NCBI GenBank assembly: GCA_035549195.1
Contig: DASZRK010000017.1
Span: forward strand, 384,177 to 448,176
Reading direction: 5' to 3'
Length of the DNA: 64,000 nt
From: a bacterium
GTDB taxonomy: Bacteria > Oederibacteriota > Muellerivitia > Muellerivitales > Muellerivitaceae
How positions within the stretch are numbered: position 1 is the stretch's first letter; every line of letters begins with the position of its first letter. The translations under genes and the position numbers were made by a program. Under the pieces are notes generated by a model. The model worked only from the letters and a program-made list of their open reading frames with translations. It was not told the DNA's origin and made no database searches. Positions 1 through 10,407 of this stretch are shown here, one piece after another.

Positions 1-3000
1 CAGAGTTTTGCCGTGACGGTCCAGCAAACGGGGGTTTCGTTCAATGTGAACCTGGCCTGGGACGCGACTGTGAACAGCTCGAATGCGAACGTGACGAATT
101 ACAATCTAAGTCGTGGAGTCACTTCGACGAGCTTAAGTTTTTTTGCATCTGTTACATTTAGTTTTGCCCCCCCATATACCGATCCGCAGCCCCTTTCTTC
201 AGCGGGAACGACCCTGTTTTATGGAATTCGGGGTTTGGATCCGGGAGGACTAGGAACTCGGCCGGTTACCGGAATACAACTCCCTCCCAACCCGCCGACG
301 GGTGTCAGTGCGGCCCCAACCACCAGCAACGTCACCGTGAACTGGACGGCCCGTCCGGCCTCGGAGAAGGTCTCCCAATACACCATCTATCGGATAAATC
401 TGGCGGGACCCACGACGACCGTGGCGGGCTCCGCCGTTTCCACGGTGAACTCCTTCACCGATTCGACCGGCCTGTCCCGGGGAGCGACTTACGTTTATTA
501 CGTGACGGCCACCAACCCGGGCGGCGGACCGGGCATTCCCGGCGGGGAAAGCCTGGCGTCGTCCTCCGTGACCACCGGGCTGACGCCCTTGATCCCCGCC
601 GGTTTGATCGTCTCCGGGATCAATACCTCCAACGACATCACCGTTTCCTGGTCGTCGGTGACCGTGACTTCCCAAGATCCCAACGCGACCGGCGTCAATC
701 TTTTGGTCAACACGACCAATAGTTCGTCCACGGCGGTCACGACCTCCTTGGCGGCTTCGGCGGTCTCCCAGGTTTTGGCCGGCCAATCGGCGGGCACGAC
801 CTTCTTCTATTGGCTCCAGACCGTGAACCCCTTCGGGTCCGGTGCCTTGACCAGTCCGGTCAGCCAACTGACCTACCCGGGCGCTCCCGTCCTTGGTCCG
901 GTGGCCTTGGCGAATGATGGCGTTTCCCGGATCTTCAATTGGACGGCCCCGGTCCCTTCGGGTAGTGTGACCCAATACCTGATCTACCGGGAGATCCAAG
1001 GGTCGGGGAACTGGATCAACACCGCCTCCTTCCCGGCCAGCGTGGCGGGTAGTCCGGTGACCACGACCACGGCCATTAACCCGGGCCAGGTCTATGATTA
1101 CAAGATCGTGGCAGTGAACCCCACGGGCCTCGGACCCGAGTCGAATATCCGCTCCTTCAGTTCCTTGCCCTCGGCCCCGGTCAGCGTGACGGCGGCTTCG
1201 GGCATCGGTCCCTCGGCCTTGCAGGTGGACCTCGCCTGGGCCGATCCCAATGAGAGTGCCCAAGGGGTGACGGCTTATACGGTCTATCGGTCCTCCAGCA
1301 ACGCCTCCACCCTCTCCTATACGGCTTTGGTCACCGTAGGGTCCGGGACCTTCAATTATTCCGACACGACGGTGTCCGATGTGACGCCTTACTATTACTT
1401 GATCACGGCGACCAATAACGTGCCCCAGGAATCCTTCAAGTCCACGGTCAATGCCGTGGCGGTGACGGCCTATTACCAACCCAACACGCCGACTTCGCCG
1501 GCGGCGGTCCCCGCCACAGGTTCCGTGACCCTGACCTGGACGTCGGCCGTTGCCACCAGCTACCCCGTGTCCTTCTATGCCGTTTCCCGGACCGCCAACG
1601 GAGTCACCCTGGCGCCGGTGACGGTGATCAGTCCGGCCACGGTCCTCAATGACAGTGGCCTGACCAATGGGGTGACTTACGCTTATACGATCAGGACGGG
1701 GGACAACCAAGGCCACTTGAGCACGGCCACTGCGCCGGTGACAGCCGTTCCCCTGGCTCCGCCCGGAGCCCCCTTGAGTCCCAACGTGTCCGTTGGTGAC
1801 ACCCAGTTGCTCTTGACCTGGAATCCGGCTGTTCCTGGGACGCTTCCCATCGGTGCTTACAATGTTTATTCCGTTACCGCAGGGCCTACCACCACTTATG
1901 TGGGGTCCGCCCCCGCAACCCTTAATAGTTATTTGGTTACGGGACTTTCCAACTCAGGGGTTACCTATACCTACGTCGTGAACGCGGTGGACAATTCGGG
2001 TGTCACGACAGGGGTCCATGCCGGTAATTTCACGGCATTCTCGGGAAGTCCCGTCTCGGCCAAGGTCAATCCCGCCAGCGATTTGACCCTCCAGGCGGGG
2101 AACGCGCAGGTGATCTTGAATTGGACCGATTCGGTGACCATTTCAGGTGCCGCCACGGTCGTTTCTTATAGGATCGTTCAGTCCGTTGGCGGGGCCGCCT
2201 TCACGACCATCGGCACACAACTGCCGTCCGGTGCGACCGAGTCGGTCACTGAAACATCCCTGTCCAACGGGGTCAGCTACGCTTATTTCATCGTCGCGGC
2301 CTCGGCGACCACGGTGTCGGCCAACAGCGCCACGGTCTTCGGCGTCCCCTCGGCGCCGCCGACGGCCCCGGCCACCTTCCTGGCCGTCGATGGAGTGGAC
2401 CAGGTTTCCTTGTCCTGGAGTCCCTCGCCCCCCCAAGGGTCCATCACGATCTCGAACTATGTCCTGACCCAGGCGGTCTTGCCGGGGGCTCCTTCGGCCT
2501 TGGCGACCTTGGGAGGCGCTGTCACGACCTATGTGGACAATAACGCATCCAATGATGGCCAGACTGTGGTTTACGCAGTTGCGGCGGTCAATTCGAACGG
2601 CACCTTGGGGGCTTTCTCCGCTCCAGTGACCGGGTTTCCCTATCAAGCTTTTGCGCCGACCGTCACCAGCCACTTGTCCTCCTCCACGGGGGTGACCTTG
2701 AACTTTACCCCGGCCGGGTCGCCTTCTTGGCCTGTGACCGAATTCGATATCCTGAGGACCGTTGTTTCCACGGGGGTTTCCGTCCTGATCCCCGGCGGGC
2801 CGAGCTCACCGGTGACCGATACGACGGGCGTCTTGGGGACCCTTTATAGCTACAGTGTGGTCGCTCTGGACAATAAGGGGCACATGAGCGCCGCCTCCAA
2901 CGCCGTTACCGACGGTATTTCCAACCCGCCTACCGCTCCCGCGACCATCCTGCTCACGGCCGGGAGCCAGGAAGTTCTCATCGACTGGCCCGCTTCCGCT

Positions 3001-3858
3001 GCTGTGTCGGGCTCTCTGCCTGTTTCCTTCTATATTTTGGACGTCAACGGGACCCCCGTGACCCTTCCTGCCAGCCAGACCTGGTACCTGGACAGTGGGC
3101 TTACGGACCCTGCGACGGTTACGGTTTCCCTGACCGTCATAGATGCCAGCGGTCAGCAGTCGGCGGACCACAGCGTGACCCTAGCCGGGGCCGCCCCGGC
3201 CATCACAGACCCGAACAACATCAATCCGCCTACGGGGCTTACCGCCACGGCTCTGAGCACTTCCAGCGTTCAATTGGTCTGGACGGTCCCCAACGACCTG
3301 GGTTATCCGGTGACCGCCTTCAATGTCTACCGGTCAAGTTCCTTCCAGACCACCTTTGGATCGCCCCTGACCCAGGTGGCCAGTCCGCCCAGCGCCTTGG
3401 GTCCCGTGACGACTTTCACCGACGCAGGGTTGGCTCCCAGTACCACTTATTACTATGTGGTCCAGGCCGTTTATGGATTGGTCCCGTCGGGAGCGGCCTC
3501 AAATACGAGCCCCAATTCGAACCATGCTTCCGTCACGACCAATACGCCCGCGTCGGGACCACCGCCGGTCACGACCGGTGTGATGGCTTTCGACGCCAAC
3601 GTGGTCCTGCCCAACACCGGGCAGACCTTGGGGATCTACTTCATCGCGCCCCAAAGCGGGCCCGTCGAATTGGATATCTATAATATTTCGGGCAATCCCA
3701 TCCGGGCCCTTTACGCCACCGCCGTGGCCGGGACCCAGGTGAACCTAAGCTGGGATGCGAAGGACCGTAATGGCCGAACGGTCGCTTCCGGCCTTTACCT
3801 CATCGAGATCAAGGGCCCGGGCATCCACCTGGTACGGAAAGTGATCGTGGTGAAGTGA
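1..3858 (+). CDS. giant secreted surface protein of tandem fibronectin type III-like repeats with C-terminal T9SS/FlgD-Ig-type sorting domain; 5' end lies outside the window
   Basis: The 1281-aa ORF stays open to position 1 in frame. It shows repeated about 90-aa units with W/Y-x-A/T...Y-x-Y-x-V-x-A-x-N Fn3 signatures and is Thr/Ser/Val-rich. The C-terminal 60 aa (IYNISGNPIRALY...WDAKDRNGRTVASGLYLIEIKG...KVIVVK) match the type-A CTD / FlgD-Ig pattern. Confidence 0.7.
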   Translation, partial: QSFAVTVQQTGVSFNVNLAWDATVNSSNANVTNYNLSRGVTSTSLSFFASVTFSFAPPYTDPQPLSSAGTTLFYGIRGLDPGGLGTRPVTGIQLPPNPPTGVSAAPTTSNVTVNWTARPASEKVSQYTIYRINLAGPTTTVAGSAVSTVNSFTDSTGLSRGATYVYYVTATNPGGGPGIPGGESLASSSVTTGLTPLIPAGLIVSGINTSNDITVSWSSVTVTSQDPNATGVNLLVNTTNSSSTAVTTSLAASAVSQVLAGQSAGTTFFYWLQTVNPFGSGALTSPVSQLTYPGAPVLGPVALANDGVSRIFNWTAPVPSGSVTQYLIYREIQGSGNWINTASFPASVAGSPVTTTTAINPGQVYDYKIVAVNPTGLGPESNIRSFSSLPSAPVSVTAASGIGPSALQVDLAWADPNESAQGVTAYTVYRSSSNASTLSYTALVTVGSGTFNYSDTTVSDVTPYYYLITATNNVPQESFKSTVNAVAVTAYYQPNTPTSPAAVPATGSVTLTWTSAVATSYPVSFYAVSRTANGVTLAPVTVISPATVLNDSGLTNGVTYAYTIRTGDNQGHLSTATAPVTAVPLAPPGAPLSPNVSVGDTQLLLTWNPAVPGTLPIGAYNVYSVTAGPTTTYVGSAPATLNSYLVTGLSNSGVTYTYVVNAVDNSGVTTGVHAGNFTAFSGSPVSAKVNPASDLTLQAGNAQVILNWTDSVTISGAATVVSYRIVQSVGGAAFTTIGTQLPSGATESVTETSLSNGVSYAYFIVAASATTVSANSATVFGVPSAPPTAPATFLAVDGVDQVSLSWSPSPPQGSITISNYVLTQAVLPGAPSALATLGGAVTTYVDNNASNDGQTVVYAVAAVNSNGTLGAFSAPVTGFPYQAFAPTVTSHLSSSTGVTLNFTPAGSPSWPVTEFDILRTVVSTGVSVLIPGGPSSPVTDTTGVLGTLYSYSVVALDNKGHMSAASNAVTDGISNPPTAPATILLTAGSQEVLIDWPASAAVSGSLPVSFYILDVNGTPVTLPASQTWYLDSGLTDPATVTVSLTVIDASGQQSADHSVTLAGAAPAITDPNNINPPTGLTATALSTSSVQLVWTVPNDLGYPVTAFNVYRSSSFQTTFGSPLTQVASPPSALGPVTTFTDAGLAPSTTYYYVVQAVYGLVPSGAASNTSPNSNHASVTTNTPASGPPPVTTGVMAFDANVVLPNTGQTLGIYFIAPQSGPVELDIYNISGNPIRALYATAVAGTQVNLSWDAKDRNGRTVASGLYLIEIKGPGIHLVRKVIVVK

Positions 3859-3995
3859 TGATGAACCACCAAACCGCCAAGCCGCCCAGAAAGGCGATAT
3901 CCCGGGGGATGGATACGATCTCGGATCTAGTCGCGAACCAAGGAACGGTTGTTTTGTCCGTAAAACGGAAAGATCCTTTCTTCCGGTCCTTTTTC

Positions 3996-5807
3996 ATGAA
4001 AGTCGTTCTTGGCGCCTTGGCGTCTTGGCGGTTGATGGTCGTTGATGCCTCCGCCCAGAACCTCACCAGCGGTGCCGATTTCCTCAAGATCGATTCGGGC
4101 GCCCGCAGCCAGGGCATGGGCGGCGCCTTCACGGCGGTCGCCGACGACGTGAACGCGCTCACGTGGAACCCGGCCGGCCTCGCCCTCCTTAAACAGCCCG
4201 AAGTGGGCTATCTGCGCATGATCTACCTGAGCGATATCGGTTATAACTTCGGCGGGGTGGCTTTCCCCATCCAGGCAGGGGAGGACACACTCGGGTTGGG
4301 CGCGGCGGTGGTGAACCTGGGTTCCCCCAGCTTCGACAGTACCCTGGGCCTGGCGCCGGCGGTCTCGGCGGGGGACAACGCCTTCTCCCTTTCCGCGGCC
4401 TACCGGGTGAAGGACATCGTGGCCTTCGGGTTGACGGGCAAGTTCATCCTACGCAACCTGGCGGGTTACAACGCCAGCGCTTTCGGGGGCGACCTGGGCG
4501 TCCTGATCTCCCCCATTCCGCAGTTCCATATCGGCCTCGGGCTCTTCAACCTAGGGACCCAGGTTGAGTTCATTTCCGAGGGGGACCCTTTGCCCCTGAC
4601 CGGCCGTTTGGGGCTCGCCTACAAGGTGTTGGACGAGCCGCACGACAGCTTGACCCTGGCATTGGACAATGCCTATGACCTGAACGCCTCGATGTATTCG
4701 GGTTCGGTGGGAGCCGAGTTCTGGCTGGAGAACGTCTTCGCCCTTCGGGCGGGCTACACCGGCGATGCCTACCAACAGCATTGGACGGCGGGGACCGGCT
4801 TCAGCCTGGACGCCTTCGAGGTGGATTACGCCTACGCGCCCTTGGGCACGGTGGGGGACAGCCATCGCATTTCCCTCATCGTGCGGTTCGGGGCCGAGGG
4901 GGAAAATCTGGCGGCGCCCTTGGGGGCCACGGCCAATCCCGGGGACGGGTTCGTTTCCCTCAACTGGAAACCCGCCCCGTCCGGATCGATCTCGGGTTAC
5001 AACATCTATGTGCGCAAGCCCAACGCCACGAGCCTGGTGCGCGTGACCAAGCATCCCTTGAGCGCCTCGGAGACCAGTGTCAAATTGAGCCATTTGACCA
5101 ATGGCGAGACCTATACCTTCGGGCTGGCTTCGGTGAGCCCGGCGGGCCGCGAAAGCGGCCTGATCACCCTTTCGGCCATGCCCCAGGCCTCCATCGCCTC
5201 GGCGGTCTCCACCCCGCCCCCGGCCGCCCAGCTTTCGGCCCCAACGGGCCTGAAGGCGGTCCTGAACCAGGTCGGGTTCGATATTGTCTGGGATCGGGCC
5301 CTCTCCAGCGAAGTGGCCGGCTACAACCTTTACTTGGCCGATGCCGAGGGCAAACCCGGGAAAAAGTTGAACCCCCAATTGATGGTGGACCCCAAGGTCA
5401 CCCTCAAGAAGGTCGACCCGGACAAGACTTATCGGTTCCTGGTGACCGCCCAGGGCCAAGCGGGCAACGAGAGCCCCGCGGCTCTCCTGACCGTCCTCTA
5501 TAGCGACCTGAAGAAAGCCGCCGAAGCGGCCGCCTTGCCGCCACCGCCCGCCCATCTGATCCTGGAGCCGAAGGGCGCCAAGGTGCGCTTGAGCTGGGAT
5601 AGTGCCGGGGAAGGGATCCAATACAAGGTCTATGTCTCGAAGGACGGGAAGGAATTCCGCCTCCTGACCTCCAAACCCGTGGAAGGCACCTCCGCCACCT
5701 TGGGGCCCTTGAAAGCGGGGCAGTCCTATACCTTTGGGGTGACCTCCGTGAAGGCCGACGGCAAGGAAAGCGAAAAGGTCGTCCAGACCAATTCCGCCAA
5801 TCCCTGA
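3996..5807 (+). CDS. outer-membrane beta-barrel protein, PorV/PorQ/FadL-like N-terminal domain fused to two C-terminal fibronectin-III-like domains
   Basis: The ORF track gives 3855..5807. The likely start is the internal ATG at 3996, giving signal peptide MKVVLGALASWRLMVVDASA|Q with an AxA cleavage site. The N-terminal motif GARSQGMGGAFTAVADDVNALTWNPAGLA and alternating beta-strand pattern fit PorV/FadL-type barrels. The C-terminus carries Fn3-like units (GYNIYVRKPN...GETYTFGLASVSPAG; YKVYVSKDGKEF...SYTFGVTSV). Confidence 0.55.
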   Translation: MKVVLGALASWRLMVVDASAQNLTSGADFLKIDSGARSQGMGGAFTAVADDVNALTWNPAGLALLKQPEVGYLRMIYLSDIGYNFGGVAFPIQAGEDTLGLGAAVVNLGSPSFDSTLGLAPAVSAGDNAFSLSAAYRVKDIVAFGLTGKFILRNLAGYNASAFGGDLGVLISPIPQFHIGLGLFNLGTQVEFISEGDPLPLTGRLGLAYKVLDEPHDSLTLALDNAYDLNASMYSGSVGAEFWLENVFALRAGYTGDAYQQHWTAGTGFSLDAFEVDYAYAPLGTVGDSHRISLIVRFGAEGENLAAPLGATANPGDGFVSLNWKPAPSGSISGYNIYVRKPNATSLVRVTKHPLSASETSVKLSHLTNGETYTFGLASVSPAGRESGLITLSAMPQASIASAVSTPPPAAQLSAPTGLKAVLNQVGFDIVWDRALSSEVAGYNLYLADAEGKPGKKLNPQLMVDPKVTLKKVDPDKTYRFLVTAQGQAGNESPAALLTVLYSDLKKAAEAAALPPPPAHLILEPKGAKVRLSWDSAGEGIQYKVYVSKDGKEFRLLTSKPVEGTSATLGPLKAGQSYTFGVTSVKADGKESEKVVQTNSANP

Positions 5808-5840
5808 CCGGGGTTCTCTCCCCGCAGAACGAGGTGCCCC

Positions 5841-6191
5841 TTGAGCCCTGAACCTTCCCAAGACCTATCCCAGAAGAAATGTGTCCCTTGCGAGGGCGGC
5901 ATGAAGCCCCTGAACCGGGTGATGGTGGAGGGTTACCTGGCCCAATCGCCGGGCTGGGAAAAGGCGGGGGATAAGGAAGAGATCGCCAAGACCTTCAAGT
6001 TCAACAATTTCCACGAGACCATGGCCTTCGTGAACGCGGTGGCCTTCATCGCCCATCGGGAGGACCACCACCCAGACCTGGAGGTCTCCTATAAGCAGTG
6101 CCGGGTGCGCTACAGCACCCACGCCATCCAGGGTCTTTCCGAGAACGACTTCATCTGCGCGGCCAAGATCGAAAAGCTCCTCGAAAAATAA
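5841..6191 (+). CDS. phhB: pterin-4-alpha-carbinolamine dehydratase (4a-hydroxytetrahydrobiopterin dehydratase)
   Basis: TTG start. The N-terminal QKKCVPCEGG, the FKFNNFHETMAFVNAVA block, the EDHHPDL catalytic motif, and GLSENDFICAAKIE are all typical of the PCD/DCoH family. Confidence 0.85.
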   Translation: MSPEPSQDLSQKKCVPCEGGMKPLNRVMVEGYLAQSPGWEKAGDKEEIAKTFKFNNFHETMAFVNAVAFIAHREDHHPDLEVSYKQCRVRYSTHAIQGLSENDFICAAKIEKLLEK

Positions 6192-6205
6192 GCCGCGATT
6201 TTCCC

Positions 6206-6877
6206 TTATTTCTTCCGCTTCTTGGCCCCGGCTTGGGACCTGCTTGTGCCGCCTCGGGTGCCCATGAAGGCCTTGGCCACCTGCAGGAAGGTGGGGATGA
6301 GCGACACGAAGATGATCACCAAGATCACCAGCTCGAAATGCTTCTGGAAGAATTCCAGGTTCCCCAAGAGATAACCCGCGCCCAGGCAGATGGTGGTCCA
6401 AAGCAGGACCCCGATGAGGTTGTAGCGGAAGAACTTGGCGTAGGTCATGTGCCCGATACCCGCTACGAAAGGCGCGAAGGTGCGGAAGATGGGGGCGAAC
6501 TGGAAGAGAACAAGGGTCTGCACCCCATGCTTCTCATAGATCTCGTGGGTCTTGTCCAAATACTTTTTGTTCACGAACTTCCCAAAGACATTGGGCCCGA
6601 AAAAACGGCCGATCCAATAGTTGCTGTGGTCGCCCATCAGGGACGCGGCGGTCAATAGCGCCCAGGAAAAACCGATGTTCAATTGGGCGCTCCCGCAGAG
6701 GGCACCGACGGTGAAGAGGAGCGAGTCCCCGGGGAGGAATGGCGTCACCACGAACCCGGTCTCGCAGAAGATGACGGCGAAGAGGATGGCGTAAATGAGG
6801 GTGCCGTAGGTTTGGACCAATTCGGGGAGGTATTGGTTCAGGTGCAGGATATGGTCGAGATAGGCGTGCAGGTCCAT
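6206..6877 (-). CDS. DedA/SNARE-associated family inner-membrane protein
   Basis: The ETGFVVTPFLPGDSLLF motif and multiple TM segments fit the DedA family. There is a basic C-terminal tail. Confidence 0.8.
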   Translation of the reverse strand: MDLHAYLDHILHLNQYLPELVQTYGTLIYAILFAVIFCETGFVVTPFLPGDSLLFTVGALCGSAQLNIGFSWALLTAASLMGDHSNYWIGRFFGPNVFGKFVNKKYLDKTHEIYEKHGVQTLVLFQFAPIFRTFAPFVAGIGHMTYAKFFRYNLIGVLLWTTICLGAGYLLGNLEFFQKHFELVILVIIFVSLIPTFLQVAKAFMGTRGGTSRSQAGAKKRKK

Positions 6878-6980
6878 GGGGTTCCTTTAACGGGGATGAA
6901 AGCCGCGACAATCTAGCACGAAAGGAATTCGAACCCCAGGGGGCACCGAGCGCGCGGAGTAAGGCTTTTTTGATGAAAAC

Positions 6981-8450
6981 TTATTTTTTCTCGGCGCCCG
7001 GTTCTTGGCCTTCCGTCTTCTCCGGCTCGGCCGGAGCCGGGGAGGCAGGGGATCCGGGAGCGGCGGCCTCCGCGGGAGTGTCCGGGGCGGATTCGGCCGG
7101 GGTGTCGGTAGTGGCGGACCTGGGCTTGGGTTTATAGGCCCGCTTGCGGGGGTAGAAGACCTTCTGGGTCTCCTCGTCGTAAGCGAAAAGGTTCCCGAAC
7201 CGGGACCAATGGACGAAGTTCTCGAAGGTCCTCTCGTAGTTCTCGGACGGCAGGTTGAGGATGATGACCTCCTTCACCAGCTCCTCGTCCAGCCTGGCGC
7301 GGGGATGCTTGGACAGCATGTCGTTGACCTGCTTGAAGAGGCCCAGCTTCAGCAGTTGTTCCTTCCAGATGGTCTGGCGCTCCTGCGAGGTGGCCTTGAC
7401 GAAGCGCTTCCCATCGGCGGTCAACACCACCTGACGCTTGGGCGTATCGACGAAGTCGAGCAGCTCGAGGGCTTTCACGATCTTGATGACCTCCCCGAAC
7501 TCCTTGTCGGTCTCGGCGGCGATGCGGAAGACGTCCTCCTTCCCTTCGCGGGCATCCAGGTATTCGAGCAAGCCCACCATGATGCTGGGCAGGGTGTCGG
7601 GGATGGGCTCGGGCGGCGGGACCTCGTTGGGGGCCAGCACGGGTTCGGGGGCGTCGGGGATCTCGTGGCCCGTGATGACCTCGTGCAGTTGGTCCACCAT
7701 CTTCATGAACTCGGGGGACCGGTAATCGCGGGGACGGGGCAGTTTGTTCTCCACGATCTTGAGCACCCGGCCCGGATGGGCGCCCAGCACCACGATGCGG
7801 TCGGCCATATAGACGACCTCGGGGATGTCGTGGCTGACCAGGAGGATGGAGGAGGGGTTCTTGTCGTGGGAGGCCCAGATGTCGATGACCTCGGCCCGGA
7901 GGGACTCGGCGGTGAGGGCGTCCACGTGGCTGAAGGGCTCGTCCATGAAAAGGATCTCGGGGTCCACCGAAAGGGCGCGGGCCATGCCGACCCGCTGCTT
8001 CATACCGCCGGAAAGTTCCCGGGGATAGGTCTCCTCGAAGCCCGCCAGGCCCACCATCTGGATGGCTTTCTGGGCCCGCTCCTCGATGTCGGCGGCGGGG
8101 AAGCCGCGGGATTCGAGGGCGGTCTGGATGTTCTCCGCCACCGTCATCCAGGGGAAGAGGGCGAAGCTCTGGAACACGATGGAAACACCCGTATTGAGCT
8201 CGTGGAGCGGCTGATCGTGGTAGAAGACCTCGCCCTTGGTGGGGGCGATGAGGCCGGCCAGGATGCGCAGGATGGTCGATTTGCCGCAACCGGAGGGGCC
8301 CAGGAGCGCCACCACCTCGCGCTTTTCGATGCAAAGGCTGATGTTCTGAAGGACGTTCAGTTCCTTGCCGCTGGGGAGCTTGAACTCCTGGCAGACGCCC
8401 TTGAGCTCGATCAGTTTTTGGCCGTTCGCCGTCGCCGTTTCCGCCGCCAT
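6981..8450 (-). CDS. ABC transporter ATP-binding protein (NitT/TauT-like) with extended C-terminal accessory domain
   Basis: Walker A is GPSGCGKST. The [15 protein letters not shown] signature, Walker [13 protein letters not shown] and the H-loop are present, followed by a C-terminal extension of about 230 aa. Confidence 0.85.
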   Translation of the reverse strand: MAAETATANGQKLIELKGVCQEFKLPSGKELNVLQNISLCIEKREVVALLGPSGCGKSTILRILAGLIAPTKGEVFYHDQPLHELNTGVSIVFQSFALFPWMTVAENIQTALESRGFPAADIEERAQKAIQMVGLAGFEETYPRELSGGMKQRVGMARALSVDPEILFMDEPFSHVDALTAESLRAEVIDIWASHDKNPSSILLVSHDIPEVVYMADRIVVLGAHPGRVLKIVENKLPRPRDYRSPEFMKMVDQLHEVITGHEIPDAPEPVLAPNEVPPPEPIPDTLPSIMVGLLEYLDAREGKEDVFRIAAETDKEFGEVIKIVKALELLDFVDTPKRQVVLTADGKRFVKATSQERQTIWKEQLLKLGLFKQVNDMLSKHPRARLDEELVKEVIILNLPSENYERTFENFVHWSRFGNLFAYDEETQKVFYPRKRAYKPKPRSATTDTPAESAPDTPAEAAAPGSPASPAPAEPEKTEGQEPGAEKK

Positions 8451-8463
8451 CCCGTTCCCTCCG

Positions 8464-10242
8464 TCACTTGCTCAAAGAATACTTCCCCTCGGCCAGCCGA
8501 TACAACCTCTTCCAGACCAGGCGGTTGAAGACCACCACCATGAGGGACATCATCACGACGCTGGCCGCCAGCATGGGGAAGTCGGCCCGGGAGGCCGCCT
8601 CGCTGATCTGGGACCCGAGCCCGAAGGCGGTGAGGGTCTTGCCCTTGTCGGTCACGTATTCGGCGACGATGGAAGCGTTCCAGGTCCCGCCGGCGGAGGT
8701 GACCATGCCGGTCACCAGGTAGGGGAAGATGCCGGGCAGGAGCACCTTGGTGAAGCGCTGCCAGCCCGAGATACGGTACATGCGGGAGGCTTCCAGGAGG
8801 TCCGAGGGGATGGCCATGGCCCCGGCGATGACGTTGAAGAGGATGTACCATTGGGCGCCCAGGATCATGAGGGCGACGCTGCCCCAGTTGAGCGGGATGC
8901 CCAGGAAGGCCATGGCCACCAATAGATAAGAGAAGAGCATGGGCGCGGGGAAAGAGGCGGCCACCTGCACGAAGGGCTGGCTAACGCGCGAGAGCCGGGG
9001 GGAAAGTCCGATCCAAAGGCCCACGGGGACCGTCCAAAGGGCCGAAAGGCCTACCGCCGCCATGACCCGGGCGAGCGTGGCGAGGGCCTCCTCGATGATA
9101 AGGATCCATTGGTCCAGGCGCACCCGTGAGAAGAGCTCCACGACCTTGAAGGCGCCGAAGAGCATGGCCCCGAGCAATAGAAGGAAGCAAAGGGTCGAGA
9201 CGATACGGGTGAAGGGGTTGGGGGATCCGGCGGGCCGCGCGGCCGGTCGGGCGGCCGGGACGGGGGACTCGGTTTCCGTTCCCTCGGGCCTGGGCCTGAA
9301 AAAACGCCCCAGACGCCGCAGCACTTGGGACTGGTTGAGCAGGTCCAGGAACCAGGACCGCATGGTTTCCTCGGCCCCGCCCTCCTCCACCCGGAACTTT
9401 TGCCCCCAGACCACCAGGGGCCGCCACAGCAATTGGTCCAGGGCCGTGATCATGACGACCATGGCCACCACGCCCCAGAGGCGGGCCACGTTGTCCCCTT
9501 TGTCGGCGGCCACGCTCATGTAGGAACCCAGCCCGGGAAGCCGGAAGTCCTTGTCCCCCAGCTGGAAGGCCTCGGAGACCGTCAGGAAGAACCAGCCCCC
9601 GGCCATGCTCATCATGCTGTTCCAGATGAGCCCCATGGCCGAGAAGGGGATCTCCAGCTTCAGGGCCCGGGTGACCGCGTCGAAGCGGTAGACGGCGGCC
9701 GCTTCCAGCAGGTACTGGGGGATGGAACGAAGCGACTGGTAGAAGCTGAAGGTCATGTTCCAGACTTGGCCGGTGAAGATCATGAGGACCGCAGCCAGCT
9801 CCAGGCCGATATTGCTGTTCGGGAAAAGGGCGGCCAGGGCGAGGACCAGGCCGGGCATGAAGCCCAGCACCGGGATGCTCTGCAGGATGTCCAACAGCGG
9901 GATGAGCACCTTCTCGGCCATGCGGTCCTTGGCGGCCCAGTAGCCGTAGGCCAGGGTGAAGACGAAAGAGAGGGAATAGGCCAGCAGGCCCCGGCAAAGG
10001 GAGAAGAAGGTGTATTTGGGCAGCGCCCAGGGGGAGAGGTCGATCTCGATGGCGGCCCGGTGGATGCCGGTCCACTCGGAAGCCACGGTCATGATGCCCA
10101 GGAGGAGGCCGATGAGCCCGAAAAGCAGGACCAGGTCCACCCACCAGATCTTCTGGTAGAAGGAGAGGAAGGAAGTGGCCTCGCCCCAGACCTTGCGGAG
10201 CTGTTTCGGGGCCTGGTCGCCCAGGAAGTTTTTGATAGCCAT
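8464..10242 (-). CDS. ABC transporter permease, duplicated (two fused permease domains; COG4986-like anion-transport type)
   Basis: The 592-aa polytopic membrane protein contains two ABC-permease-like halves. It lies immediately downstream of the ATPase with a 13-nt gap, and no binding-protein gene is adjacent. Confidence 0.7.
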   Translation of the reverse strand: MAIKNFLGDQAPKQLRKVWGEATSFLSFYQKIWWVDLVLLFGLIGLLLGIMTVASEWTGIHRAAIEIDLSPWALPKYTFFSLCRGLLAYSLSFVFTLAYGYWAAKDRMAEKVLIPLLDILQSIPVLGFMPGLVLALAALFPNSNIGLELAAVLMIFTGQVWNMTFSFYQSLRSIPQYLLEAAAVYRFDAVTRALKLEIPFSAMGLIWNSMMSMAGGWFFLTVSEAFQLGDKDFRLPGLGSYMSVAADKGDNVARLWGVVAMVVMITALDQLLWRPLVVWGQKFRVEEGGAEETMRSWFLDLLNQSQVLRRLGRFFRPRPEGTETESPVPAARPAARPAGSPNPFTRIVSTLCFLLLLGAMLFGAFKVVELFSRVRLDQWILIIEEALATLARVMAAVGLSALWTVPVGLWIGLSPRLSRVSQPFVQVAASFPAPMLFSYLLVAMAFLGIPLNWGSVALMILGAQWYILFNVIAGAMAIPSDLLEASRMYRISGWQRFTKVLLPGIFPYLVTGMVTSAGGTWNASIVAEYVTDKGKTLTAFGLGSQISEAASRADFPMLAASVVMMSLMVVVFNRLVWKRLYRLAEGKYSLSK

Positions 10243-10407
10243 CGAGCGTCGCTTTCAGGGGCTGGTGGGAAGGAGGACGTGGGGGCCTGGGCCCTTACGC
10301 GATGGGGGATCCACGCCGCTTGGGCCAATGATAGGCCCCGGCGAAAAGGCCACAAAGTAAAAAGTTTTCGGGAAAGGCCCGACGGAAGCGGGGTATAGAA
10401 TGCCCCC

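Noticed and set aside
250-1716. Long antisense ORFs overlapping well-supported genes. Examples are 250..1716-, 4551..5861-, 7005..8528+, 11294..13048-, 15120..16541-, 18100..19719-, 31576..33465-, 36909..38246- and 44143..45540-. Their translations are rich in R/G/P/H.
   Set aside because: This is the typical high-GC artefact of open antisense frames. They have no signal, motif or RBS support, and the sense partner has clear family assignments.
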